Shown: positions 10,766 through 23,373 of the stretch, one piece after another
Position numbering within the stretch: the stretch's first letter is position 1
Layout of the letters: each line of letters starts with the position of its first letter
NCBI RefSeq assembly: GCF_001194135.2
Contig: NC_068982.1
Location: 37,590,341-37,647,984 of the forward strand
DNA length: 57,644 nucleotides
Origin: Octopus bimaculoides
Lineage: Eukaryota
Direction of reading: 5' to 3'
Notes under the pieces: model-generated
Told to the model about the DNA's origin: nothing
Databases searched by the model: none
The model's input: only the letters and a program-made list of their open reading frames with translations
Position numbers and translations under genes: made by a program

Positions 10766-12305
10766 TTCAAAATTGTCAGTACCTTATGATCAGAACTTGC
10801 TAAAAAATGTCTTCTAAGTTATGTTAAACATTTTAGCCTAAATTATATTTAATTTATGAACCAAGGGTACTTAATTTTTGGAGATAATAAACAAATTGTA
10901 TTGCAATGAATGCAAAGAGTATGTCTTCATCATTATCGTAGTAATAATAATATTTTATTGTCAACGTTTTCCTTCCTACTTTTAAGATGGTAGGGTATGA
11001 TTCGAAGGTCAAACTGTTATTTTGCTGTTCAAACAACTTAGCTGATCCCTCATTGGTTGATAAATGTAATTTAGGCTAATATAGTTTAACATGAATTAGA
11101 AGACATTTTCTTTTTCAAGCTCTGATCATAGAATATTGACATTTTTGTATGTCTATATCATTAAATAAGTTTTATAATCACTTATTTTCCACATTGATGT
11201 AAACTTCTGAGGTAGACTTACCTGTTTACTGATCCAGATCCAGATCCCAGTATCTCTCTCCTCCTCCATTCAACAATAACTATTTCTTAAGAAAGAGTGA
11301 TAGTAAGATCATTTCACTCTGCCTATTGCTCCTGATAATGAACTTCATTGAGCTGGCAGAATCATTAGCACACTAGAATTCAAATTTTGTCAAGGTCAAC
11401 TTTGCCTTTCAATCTTTTAGGCTTGATAAAATAAGTACCAATTGAACACTGGGGTTGATGTAATCGACTAGCCCTGTTTCCCAAAATTTCAGGCCATATA
11501 CCTATAGTAGAAAGAATTATTCAAAGAGAACTATGAAATCACTCAAATTAGTAACTTCATTATTGTGTTAAATTGGATCACTGAAAAATGTAATTCCAGA
11601 TTGGAACTGCAGCAACAGCTCCTCCATAAGGTTTTTAAAGGTTGCAGGGTTAGTGTGTCCCTGTGCACTGACCACAATATTCCTCATATTTTCATCAGTG
11701 GCACTAACAGTTGAAACAGGTCCATAAGAAAGTGGGAGCTGAAATGAGCCATTGGCATGAGTTTGTTTAATGCGGATGACAGCTTGCTGGGCTGAAGCCC
11801 ACACACTATGGCTCCAAGTCTTTGTTTTGTAGCACACATAGTGACTCAGACAAGGAGTTGTGTCAATCTCTTGAGAAATCCAGACCTTTGGATTTCACCT
11901 CTGAAGTTGTAGCTCCCTATCTATGAAGCCTTGCCTTCATCAACCAGATGGACTGGCAAGGGGATTTTAAGTCAGGGTTTCTCTTCTCCAGATTGGAACT
12001 ATATTATTGCTATTACTTTATCTTAGTTGTCTTTTTTAATAGAAATGGTTCTATTATCTTTTTAATAATTGGTGTGACACATGATAGGCAAGTGTTCTTT
12101 GTATATGCTGGATGCTGAGTTATATTATTTGTTGAATTGAATCTTTAGTATATGAATCTCTTATAATTACTTTATATGAAGTAGTATTTTGAAGATATAC
12201 AGTATTCACAATTTGAACAGTGGCACAAAATATTTTTATTCATAGGTATTTACAAGATTGTATTAATATTTTAATTATTAAATTGCTTTTTGGTTTTCAT
12301 TTCAG

Positions 12306-12384
12306 ATATGTCAAGAAAAAATATGCAGATCTTGCTAAAAACAAAAAAGTAAGAAACAGAAACAAGAATAAAAAGAAGAAATAA
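12306..12384 (+). CDS. DNTTIP2: Terminal DNTTIP2 exon (Q-YVKKKYADLAKNKKVRNRNKNKKKK*)
   Basis: Acceptor catttcag|A; phase 2 matches the previous exon (CA+A=Gln). YxxxKYxxx plus a basic tail match DNTTIP2 C-termini; TAA is at 12382-12384. Confidence 0.92.
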
Positions 12385-12639
12385 TTTAGAAATAAATTTA
12401 TATTTGAGAAATCACAATTTTGTTTTCCATATTTACTTTATTGCTGTAATATTTATTTTTCCATGTGTTTTTGCATATACACAATCGTACAATACATATA
12501 CACACATACTGCAAATATCCAGTCACACTTAGCAAAACCACCTCTGTCTTCTAGAAAGAGAAAAGGAGTACATATTCTTTAATATATATATATATATGTG
12601 TTTATATGTTTATTGAGCTTCATATTTTAAAGAAATCAT

Positions 12640-13035
12640 GTTATCAACATTTAATCCATTTTCCATGCTGGCATGGGTTGGATGGCTTGACAGGACCTGG
12701 AAAGAACAGGTGTTACACCAGGTTCCATAGTCTGTTTTGGCTTGGTTTCTACATCTCGATGCTCTTCCTAACACCGACCACTCCACAAAATGTACTGGCA
12801 CCATCACCTGTGCTCTTTACATAGCATCAGAACCAGTGTTTTTTATGTGGCACTACCACCCACACCAGTGCTTTTCATATTACACCTTGGTTTTAGGATC
12901 TCAATTCTGTTGTGGTGGACAGGTTTTCTCAAGTACAGCCATGCGACATATTCGGTCCTCTCATCTTCATAAGGTTCAAGTTCTGAGATTGGCCTTCAAT
13001 GCTTCGTCCCATGTCTTCCTGAGTCTCCCTCTTCC
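12640..13035 (-). mobile_element. RTE 3' end (ORF tail plus 3' UTR) downstream of the DNTTIP2 stop
   Basis: The minus strand encodes GRLRKTWDEALK and continues into the RTE 3' UTR seen at 35100-35415. Confidence 0.7.
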
Positions 13036-13329
13036 ACAAATATGCTTGTTTATAGCATTCTTATTTTTATATGTAGCTCCTAAAAAGGATTTCTTCTTCA
13101 TTAGTACAGAAGGATCAAGTTTATTCAAATCTAATTTTAGTTCTTTTCATTTAATCTTCAGTTTGAAATGTGTAATACTTTTGTTTCTTTTGCAATAAAT
13201 TCTGAGAAAGAGAGTATTTACTTCACTCCTTCAAGAATGAAGTTAAACATAATAATATACAAGAAAATTTACAAAATTTTTTGGTAGAATAGATAAAAAG
13301 TAATGTATTTTACCAATTAAAACAAATTT

Positions 13330-13930
13330 ACGGAAACCTGTCTGCAGGATAGTTCAAATGCTACTGCAATTTTTATGTTCTGGTTAGTACAAATTATTTA
13401 CAAAAACGCGTGATAGACCATGGTAAAAGGTTCATGGGAAGGGAGCTAAGCGTCAAGTACTTGTTTATCGAGTTATCTACCTTACTTTGTTCCAATGAAC
13501 CCGTGTGACTAGAAATGAAACTATCGTAAACAAGGCAATTGTGACTAATTGTCTAGCCATATACGTCATCGCGAAGGCTTTCAATTAGATTATTACGTCA
13601 CTGTTGTCATGGAAATAGATGTGGATCATCCAAGAGACAGAGTTTTCGTAATTTCTGTCGTTCTTTCCATGGACATTAATGATGATTTATAACCTTAATT
13701 ATTTTTGCTTCGAAGAAATAACAGAGTATTGTTATCATGCCAATATCGGAAATCATTGATATATAAGTTTGATAGCATAGACGATATTGAACTGTCATAG
13801 ATGTGTAAAGTAAGCTATTCAAGAGTTTACAATCTTAGATGGCCGACTTTATTTTTCATCTTTATGTGGGTGAGAAAACATGTTAAAGTAACATGACTAG
13901 ATCCATTCAATCGATTATAAACGCTCGCTT
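13330..13930. promoter_or_regulatory. CpG-rich promoter-like island with two TACGTCA (CRE-like) sites and an RFX X-box-like motif
   Basis: Roughly 20 CpGs in 600 nt of non-repeat DNA. TACGTCA at 13562, TTACGTCA at 13593 and GTTGTCATGGAAAT at 13603-13616; a strong donor AAA|gtaagc follows at 13810. Confidence 0.55.
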
Positions 13931-14396
13931 GAAAATTCGGTCTTTTATTTATTCATTTATCTTTAATATCAGTAACAATTTATTTTATTTCAAAATAAGG
14001 CTGATTTGTATGTGTATGTATTTATAACTTATTTTTTGTCTTTTATAGGTCAGGACTAAATACCTAATATTTAGTTTCGGTCCTTACATTCTGAATTTAA
14101 ATCTCACCTGAGTCGACATGACTTTCCAGAGTTGATAAAATTACTAATATGTATACTCTCAGTAATATATATTTTGTTAACTATTCTCTCGTCACATGGC
14201 ATTAGGTGCCATATTAAAATATGTTGATATTATTCTTTACTGTTATTTAGCTCTTTTAGTTTTTAATATTTCTCTTTGACAAAATGGATTAAAAAAAATA
14301 TCTTATAGTTACAAGTGAAGGCAGTTTTCATGACACTATGAGTCCTATAAGAAAGTGATATAAACATGTTCGTACTCCTAACATTACAAAATTGAG

Positions 14397-14437
<41 letters not shown>

Positions 14438-15698
14438 TTCCTCAATCACTGAGGTCAATTTTGACTTTCATCTTTGTAGGGTTGATAAGAGTACAGGGGT
14501 TAATTTAATCGACTCCCCACTCCCACAGATAAAATTCCTTATGCCTATATATTAGAAACTGAGCTGGCAGAATCATTAACACACTGGACGAAATGCTTAT
14601 CAACATTTTGTCTGCCTTTACATTCTGAGTTCAAATTCCAACAAGGTTGACTTTGCCTTTTATCCTTTCAGGATCAATAAAATAAGTACTAGTTGAATAC
14701 TGAGGTCGATGTAATTGACTAGCCCTCACAAAATTTTCTATAGTAGAAAGGATTATTATTGTGCCTATAGTAGAAAGGATTATTATTATTGTAAGGCAGT
14801 GAACTGGCAGAATTGTAAGCATGATGGCCAAAATACTTAGCTTCATTTCACTTGTCTTTATGTTCTGAGTTCAAAATCTGTTGAGGTCGACTTTACCTTT
14901 CATCCTTTCTGGGTCAATAAATTAAGTACCAATTGAGGTAATTGACATCCTCCCCCACTCCCCAAAATGGCTGGCCTTGTGCTAAATTTGTAACCATTAT
15001 TTTTGTAAAGTTTCCCAGTGATCTGGTTTGGATTCTCTGTTATAGGCATTTTACTTTAAAATGTTATCACAACAGAAACCCATATTTCTTGATTCATTTC
15101 AAAGAAGTTTGCCATATAGATAGATAGATATAATGCATATGAGTGTATTTGTGTGTCTCCTTGTCTTGATATTACAAGATGGTTGTAAATGAGTTCCACT
15201 ATTCTATAAGCAATGCTGGTCATTTCCAGTCTTCCATGAAAGCATGCCTGGCTGTGGGGAAATATTACTTTGCTTGGAAACAGGTGAGGGTTGGTGACTG
15301 GAAAAGCATCCAACCATAGAAAATCTGCCTCAACAAATTCCATCTGACCCATGGAAGAATAGAATAGATATTAAATGAAATGACTGACTGAAAATAAAGA
15401 GCAAACACAATTTTGCAAAACTTTGCCACAAAGGCCACCTTTATTTTCGATTCTTCTGGGGTTCTTAAAAAAGTACCAATCTAGACCTGTAAATTGGCAG
15501 AACTATAAAAATGCCAAACTGGATGCTTTGCAGTATTTTTATTATTCATTTTTGCATTGTAATCTGAGTTCAGATCCTGCCATGTTCTACTTGGGTGTTA
15601 TCCTTAATTTGGCTTCCAGTTTAACACCACTACTTAGCACCTTAGGTGCCTTTATCAGAGCTCATTCTCTCATCAGCACTCAGGTTCAGTTCTGTGGC

Positions 15699-16192
15699 TT
15701 AACCCCTTAGCATTCAGATTATATATCACTGGGAGGGAGATGAGTTGCTGCTATCTCCAGCGGTCATGCGTCCATCATTGATGAGACCAAGGAAAGTAAA
15801 AAATCACATGATCTGGAGGTCTCGACGCTTGAGACGACAAGGATTTATCTCCCTACTAGTAATATAAACAAGTGTGCATTTTGCACCAAAAGCCAATGTG
15901 TGAGTTTCTCTCATGGTATCTACTCCAGTGAAATTTGTTCTAACAGAACATCCACATTTAAGAGAGGATAAATATTACCTTTCAGATTACTCTGTTGAAT
16001 GAAATGCTTATTTATTCACATTGTTTTGAATTAATCATGCATTATATAACTTCAAGATTTTGTTGATGCGATTGTTTATTTTTATAACAACATTGTAGGG
16101 TAGGTGTGATAAGCTGGATCTAGCTGGTTTTAACATAAAATATGTAGAATATTTGGGTTTGATATGGCAGATTTAAATGCTAAAATGTTAAT
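15699..16192 (+). mobile_element. TTAA/CCC-ended (piggyBac-like) MITE interrupted by an about 260 bp insert
   Basis: Starts ttaaccccttagcattcagatta and its body matches 38495-38692. The 9-mer ttcagatta is duplicated at 15713 and 15981 around the insert. Confidence 0.55.
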
Positions 16193-16237
16193 CCTAGGAG
16201 GAGAAGTGTCTGTAGTCTTTCCATGCATTGAAATGCT

Positions 16238-16410
16238 TAGCATTCTGAGTTCAAATTCCGCCGAGGTCGACTTTGCCTTTCATCCTTTCGGGGTCGATTA
16301 AATAAGTACCAGTTAGGCACTGGGGTCGATGTAATCGACTTAATCCCTTTGTCTGTCCTTGTTTGTCCCCTCTGTGTGTAACCTCTTGTGGGCAGTAAAG
16401 AAATAAGTAG
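16238..16410 (+). mobile_element. Young SINE family B copy
   Basis: CpGs are retained (ccgccgaggtcgac...ttcggggtcga); this is the best-preserved copy in the window. Confidence 0.8.
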
Positions 16411-17299
16411 TTGATATTACACTTGCTCTTTAAACTTTCTTCTGCAGATCATATTAACAAAGGTGGTTGTTTGGAGAAGAATGGTTAGGTTAAGAAAGGT
16501 GCTTACTATAAATTTTGTGAAGGTGAGACTTAGGGGTGCCGTAAATGAAGAGACGTAATTAGGATAGGTTTGGATGGGGTGTTACTGGTGATATTTATGT
16601 ATGTATTTTGATATGATTATATCTTGCATGGGATGAATGAGTTCTGAAAGCTTTTTTTCTGTGTCAGTTAAATTTATTCTAAAACTTTAAAATAAAATGC
16701 ATGTTCTGTAGTGAGTGAGTAACAAAGGAAGGTTTGATTATGGAATGGGCCTAAATATCTGGCATGGCAAACTATTGATATAGCTGCTGCTGCTGCTGCT
16801 GCTGCTACTACTACTACTACTTCACAGCAATGTTTTTACTCGTACCACTACTAAACCAGTCTCTATTTCACTGAGTTTAGCTTTGCCTTTCATCCTAACA
16901 TTGTTAAGATAAGCAAAGGAGTTGATTTAATTGACTAACCCCTTCTCACAATTTCTGGTCTTTTGTTTATGTTAGGAGCAATTAGTATTATTATTAAAAA
17001 TCATATATATTGGTACAGTTCTAAATTAATAATTGTCACCTGGACTTTTAGTATCTTGGGCTACTAAATATTGGTTTAAAATCTTAGCACAAAGCCAACA
17101 CTTTTAGAAGGCAGGGATTAGTCAATTAAATCAACCCCAGTGCTCAACTGGTACTTCTTTTACTAACCCTAAAAGGATGAAAGGCAAAGCTGAATAGTAT
17201 TTGAACGCAGAAGAAAAGCCATGAAACGTTTTTTCTAACATGCTTAAGAATTCTGCCAGCTTTTTGGTTACTAAATAAATAGAAAAAGAGAGCATAAGC

Positions 17300-17720
17300 T
17301 GACCATTATAGTATTAAATGTTGTGTGGTTACAAAGTTTGCTTTGCATCTGTGTGGTTTCAGGTTCTATCCCATTGCATGGTTCCTTGGAAAAGTGTCTT
17401 CTATAGCCTATGGCTTAACAATGAGTGAAATGTAAATGAAAACTGCATTGAAGCCTGCTGTGTGTGTGTGTGTGTGTGTGTACATATATATGTAAATATA
17501 ATGTATGATGCGCGTGTGTGTGTGTGTGTGCAAGTGTTCTGCATGTCTTCATATTGACATTGAGCAGCTTGATGTGAAGACTAGTGGAATATAAACAAAA
17601 TTCTTGAAAAACGAAGACTGGTGACAGAACTAGCATCCAACCTTAGAATACTGCCTTAATAAGTCTTATCTAACCTATATTAGCATAGAAAAAGTAGATG
17701 TAAAAACAATGATGATGGAT
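17300..17720 (+). mobile_element. SINE family A with internal (GT)n and RTE-type 3' tail
   Basis: Head and core as at 7322-7720, followed by gcatccaacc...agcatagaaaaagtagatgtaaaaacaatgatgatg, a tail like the RTE 3' end. Confidence 0.6.
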
Positions 17721-18023
17721 GATGATGACATATTGTACTTCTCTATCAGATTAAATGATAACTACGGCTTCTAATTTAGGCACAAGGGCCAGCAATTCTG
17801 AGGGGAGGAGTTAGTCAATTTTGTTAACTGCAGTACTTGACTGGCATTTTATTTTATTTTATTTTGTTGACCCGTCCCCGACAGGATTAAAGGCAAAGCT
17901 GATGTCAACTGAATTTGAACTCAGGATGTAAATGGCTGGAAAAAATACCATATGGTATTTTGTCTGATCTAATAATTCTACAACTAACCTCCCTGAACTA
18001 AGTAATAATAAAAATGCCAGCAT

Positions 18024-18058
<35 letters not shown>

Positions 18059-19989
18059 TTTTCCATGCTGGCACGGATTGGATGATTCAACAAAAGCCAA
18101 TAAACCAGAGGGAAGCACTGAGCTCCAATGTCTGCTTTGGTATGGTTTCTACAGCTGGATATCCTTCCTAATGCCAACCACTTTACAGAGTCTATTGGGT
18201 ACTTTTCTTGTAGCACCAGCACTAGGGAAGTTACCAAGTACTTGCAAGACAAAACCCCTCAATTGAGTGGGGTGTAGTATTGGAAGTAGTGTAAGTATGA
18301 TAGAGGAACAGAAACAGTACAGATGGTAGATGCTTTAGGTTTTATTACTGAAAATCTTATGAATTTCTAGGGGCAAATTATTCTTTCATAGTCTTTTGTA
18401 ATGATTGGCTTGTAGTGCTTGCTTTTAATTTCTATGGTGCCAAGATAAAAATTTCTCTCTTGAGTGTCTGATTACAGCAGGTGATTTTTTTTCTGATGGT
18501 GGAATTGAACATAGCACTGCAAACCAATGAAACTTTAACTTAATAATTAGTGATTATCAAGCAAATAAGGAAGTCTTTATGCAGGCATACCAGATAGTGG
18601 AAATAATCTGCTCCAGATTATAAATTTGTACTCCATTGTCTTAATGTGAAAGTCATATTAAATAATGTAGTTCTAAATATCCCTATAAAGCTCCACACAA
18701 ATAGTTATTATCCAACATTTATTGGAAAGGGGAGTAAGTTAGTGCAATTGGTCAGCACATTTATAGTGAAAATAAGAGGTGTGGGTTTGATTCCCATGTG
18801 TACTCACCCATTTTTTTTTTTTTCGCTGAGGGCTTATATGCCCCAATATTAAACTATTTTCTATGCAATATATGGTGAATGCTTATAAGCTTATAATTAT
18901 ATTACAAAAATTGTTTTCCTCAAATTTAGCATCTAATGGTTGACCCATTTTAATAACTTGGTATTATCTTGTTTTATATAATGTTATGGTTTTAAAAATA
19001 GCAAATACTCTTCAGTTGATTCAGATATCTTCAAATTAACCAAGAAAATTGCCATAGTTTCTTTAAAAGAAATTCTGTCTTTTAACTGTTTTGATACCAA
19101 CCTGCCTGAGACCAGCCCTGGTTCTGTTATACAAACTTGCTGTTTTAAAGTGACCTAAATTAAAACTTTCCATCACAATTTCCATGAAAATTTTATGTTA
19201 ATTTATGCCAATTTATGTTCTAATCAATAGTATAATAATGATAGTTATTTCATTAAATTTTTCATTATTTTCAAAAGTAATTGAAACAAAGGCAGTGTCT
19301 TTCAACAAATATGTAACAATCATGGGTTTCTTATGTTTTCAAGTTTAATCTCAATTGTAAAGCTTAAATGTCAAGTAATATTCAGAAAAAAAAAAATCTT
19401 TGAATGATTATTCATAACATTATTAAACAGGATGGTCACGGTTGGAATTCCTGTAATCATGGGCTTGCTCTATTAGAGTTGCTTTAGGCTAAACAACAAT
19501 AACAATTAGTGTTTGCATCAATAATAATGTCTGCTGTGCAAAGTAGTACAGACTTTGCAATAAAAGCTTCTACCACTTTGCACTCTTAGTTGTATGACCT
19601 TTACTGACTGCAAAATTTTAGATATATTTGTTGCAATATATCTTAGAAGCATCATGCCGACTCTTTTTTGCTATATATGCCTAGAATCTGAGCTATCCAT
19701 TATGAAAGTCCCTGTTTGATGAAGACTCTCTACTAAAGGACTTATGCTCAAAAAAGAATGAATTTGAATAATCTGAATAACTTACTGGATTTGTAATGTA
19801 ATCATATGAAATGAAGTAGCTAGGAGAAGGACACATCAAAAAAATTAGATCTGCTTTATGGGGATTAGTCTTCAGAGAAGATAGTGATGAAGAAAGGTAA
19901 TGGAATTTTTACTACATAGGAAAATGCATGGCTGTGTGGTAAGAAGCTTACTTCCCAACCACATGGTCCCAGGTACAGTCCCACTGTAT

Positions 19990-20031
19990 GGCACCTTGGG
20001 CAAGTGTCTCAAGACACTTGCCCAAGGTGCC
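19990..20031. repeat. Perfect 19-bp inverted repeat at a SINE truncation point
   Basis: ggcaccttgggcaagtgtc-tcaa-gacacttgcccaaggtgcc; the right arm is the exact reverse complement of the left. Confidence 0.9.
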
Positions 20032-20450
20032 GTCTGTTGTCCATGTTAGCATGGGTTTGATGGCTTGACCAGAGCTAGTATGCTGGAAGGCTGCACCAGA
20101 CTCCAGTCTGACTTGGCATGGTTTTCTACAGCTGGATGCCCTTCCTAACACCAACCACTCTGAGAGTGTAATGGTTGCTTTTATGTATCATCAGCATGGG
20201 TGCCATTTGCGTGACACCAGTATCTGCCACAACTGTGGCTTGATGGGTCTTCTTCTCAAGCATGACATAATGCCAAAGGTCTTGGCCATTGCCTCTGTAG
20301 GGCCCAACACTCCAAAGGAACTCAGCTACTTTGCTTCTGTGAGGCTCAACTCTGGAAAGGAACTCAGCCACTTTGCCTCTGTAAGGCCTAATGCTTGAAA
20401 GGAACTCAGCCACTTTGCCTCTGTGAGGCCCAACTGTCCATAGTATATGT
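20032..20450 (-). mobile_element. RTE 3' UTR fragment containing a 42-bp tandem repeat
   Basis: The RTE tail motif (ctggatgcccttcctaac) is present, and aaaggaactcagc recurs with 42-nt spacing at 20314, 20356 and 20398. Confidence 0.75.
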
Positions 20451-21299
20451 TACATGTACTATTATAGTTTTTGATAAAATATTAGATAGCATATACTCTT
20501 CAATTTAGTTATCTTTAGTTTCACCCAGAAAAATTACTATATAATTTCACTGAAAATGAGTTTTGTCTCTTAGTTATAGATTTCCTATGTTTTCAAGTCT
20601 ACACTCTTAATGAAAATGGCAAGTAGCAATCAAAATAATGATAGAATTCTTGTGAGAATTATCTAGGGTGCCATAAAATTGTATATGTCAGTTGTTTGAT
20701 TTATCTGGAATATTTCATACAGACTTAACCCCTTTTGTTATCTGTTATCTTTTACTTGTTTCAGTCATTGAACTGCATCTATGCTAAGGCGCCATCTTAG
20801 AGTGTTTAGTTGAACAAATCAACTCCAATGCTCACTTTTTAAGTCTAGCACTTATTCTATCATTCATCCATTCTCTTAGGCTGAACTGCTAAGCTATCCA
20901 TCCATCCATCCATCTGTCTGTCCGTCCGTCCATATGTCTGTCTGCTATAAACACAATGGAATCTCAGTTGATGAATTTAATCTGTTCCTGAAGGCTGTTC
21001 ATCACCTAAAATGTTTGTAAATCAAAATAATTTTTCTCAGAGGAAATTCAAAGGAAGGTATGGTGAATTCAGGCAGGATGTGCACTGAGAAAAGGCTGGA
21101 CAGCAACTGATGCTCTCCTGTTGAAACTCCCAGCTTTTTGCCAACTGTTCTTGCTGGCTTGCAGGCTCATTACTCAAGACTGTTCATCACCCAAAACATT
21201 TTATGTTAAAAAAGTTGTTTGTAAACTAATTTGTTCATGATGAAAGGCATTTGCAAACTGAATACATAAATACATACAGACATGTCATCACAGTATTAT

Positions 21300-21810
21300 C
21301 TATTGATGAGACATGCTGTTATAGCTAGGACACTGTATAATGAGATCTGTCGGAAGGATAACTCCGAGGACAAAGAAATAAGAACCTACAGCATCGTTGA
21401 AGTCATAGCCACTCATAATAAAAAAGGAGTACTGGTGGAATGTCCCAGTGAAAACCTCAATAAAATGTAAACATAATAGACCTGACATAATGATTTGGGA
21501 TAGAGAAGAGAAACTGTGTACAGTTGTGGAAATCAGTTGCCCAGCAAATGTTAACATAAAGCTAAAGATCAACGGAAAAGAAAATACCTACACTAAACTA
21601 TTGAAGAATTTACAGCTACTCCATCTGGATTACAAGTTCAGGTTTATACTTGTAATTATTGGAGCATTGGGATATGTAACACACTGCTTAAATACCAATC
21701 TTTAGAAATTAGGCTTCTCAAAACCAGAAAAGAGAAAGCTGATTCGATGACTACAGATCCAAACCATCACTGGACCTGTAAAAATCTGTAAAACTTTCCA
21801 GAAGTTTATC
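21300..21810 (+). mobile_element. 3' fragment of an RLE (restriction-like endonuclease) non-LTR retrotransposon
   Basis: RHAVIARTLY...HNRPDIMIWDREEKLCTVVEISCP...IIGALGYV contains the PD-(D/E)xK endonuclease motif of R2/R4/NeSL-type elements. Confidence 0.85.
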
Positions 21811-21814
21811 ATTT

Positions 21815-22090
21815 ATTGCCGCTGGACTGGCTCCCATGCAGGTGGCACATAAAAAACACCATTTTGAGCGTGGCTGTTGCCAGTACCATGTGACTGGCCC
21901 TCGTACCGGTGGCACATAAAAGAGCCACTACACTCTCGGAGTGGTTGGCGTTAGGAAGGGTATCCAGCTGTAGAAACTCTGCCAGATCAGATTGGAGCCT
22001 GGTGCAGCCTTCTGGCTTGCCAGTCCTCAGTCAAATCGTCCAACCCATGCCAGCATGGAAAGCGGACGTTAAACGATGATGATGATGATG
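21815..22090 (+). mobile_element. RTE 3'-end copy with (GAT)n tail
   Basis: Near-identical to 35160-35415 and 48300-48555; ends ggaaagcggacgttaaacgatgatgatg. Confidence 0.85.
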
Positions 22091-23139
22091 AGCATGTCTA
22101 GACATGCAACTATATGCATGAGAATACATGCATAAAACAAAACATAAATTTGCAAATATGCATACATACACATACATACATTTCGGCTAAAGGTGGTGTT
22201 CTTGCATGGCTGCAGTCAAATGACTGAAACAAGTAAAAGAATACATGACAAGCTTCTTCTAGTTTCTGTTTTCCAAATCCACTCACAAATCTTTGATCAG
22301 TCCAAGGGACTTGACCTAGGTACCATGCTGTGGGACTGAACCTGGAACCATGTGGTTGGGAAGCAAGCTTTTCACCAGACAGCCTCACCTGCACCTATCC
22401 ACCCCACTACAGAAAATTCTGCTCCAACATACTCTTGTCTGGCTCATGCAAGCATGGAAAAGTAGACATTAAAATGCTGATCTATACATGACAGAACTCT
22501 TCAGTTTTCATCAACCAAATTCATTAACAAGGCAGCTTTGGTAACTCCAATGCAATAGTAGAAGGCATTTTCCCAAGGGGCTGCACAGTAGGACTGGACT
22601 AAAATCTTGTGGTTGGGAAGCAAACTTCTTAACTACACAGTCATGCTTATACCTACAATATAAACTTAAAAAGACTGGTTGGAGATCTCATTGAAAATTA
22701 TGAAACAATACTGGTTTTAGAAAATACTTTAGATTTGACAAAGTAGCTTATAACATCATTTCCTTTGTTAAAAACCGAAAGTGGAGTAATATGGGAATTG
22801 TATTTTGTTCAAAAGATTTTATTACTAAATGATTAAAAATCAAATTAAATGACACTGACATCTAATAACACTTTATAAATAAAAAAAGATGAGAAAGCTT
22901 ACTGTTCCTGTAATTAAATCTATTGATCAAACAACACCAGTTAAATGTACTCAGGTAAATATTGTTGATAATTCAAAGACGTATTGGAGAGTATAAAGAA
23001 TACTGTTAAAAGCTTCAACACAAATCTGGGATAAATAACTTTTGCTATCACAACTTAGTATATTAAAATTATATTTTTTCAGTTTATTAAATATTTCATT
23101 TTATGTTTACCGCTACCGTTGTCGTTGTCCTCATTTAAC

Positions 23140-23331
23140 ATATGAATTTGTTGAAGCTAATTTTTTATGGCTGGATGCCCTTTCTGTTGCCAACTTTTGC
23201 CTGTTTCTAAACAAGGTGATATTTTTCAATAGATAGACATGTTTTTCATGGAAGACTGAAAAATGGACAACCACACTTAAGTGTCAATGATTTTCGTTTA
23301 CAACTGTCACATTATGTCTAAACAAAGGGCA

Positions 23332-23373
<42 letters not shown>

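Noticed and set aside
11568-11990. 89-aa minus ORF in the DNTTIP2 intron
   Set aside because: Probably decayed RTE 5'/endonuclease sequence; too degraded to call either way.
20290-20430. CRISPR-like regularly spaced repeats
   Set aside because: These are contiguous 42-bp tandem units without unique spacers, in a eukaryotic retroelement, with no cas genes.
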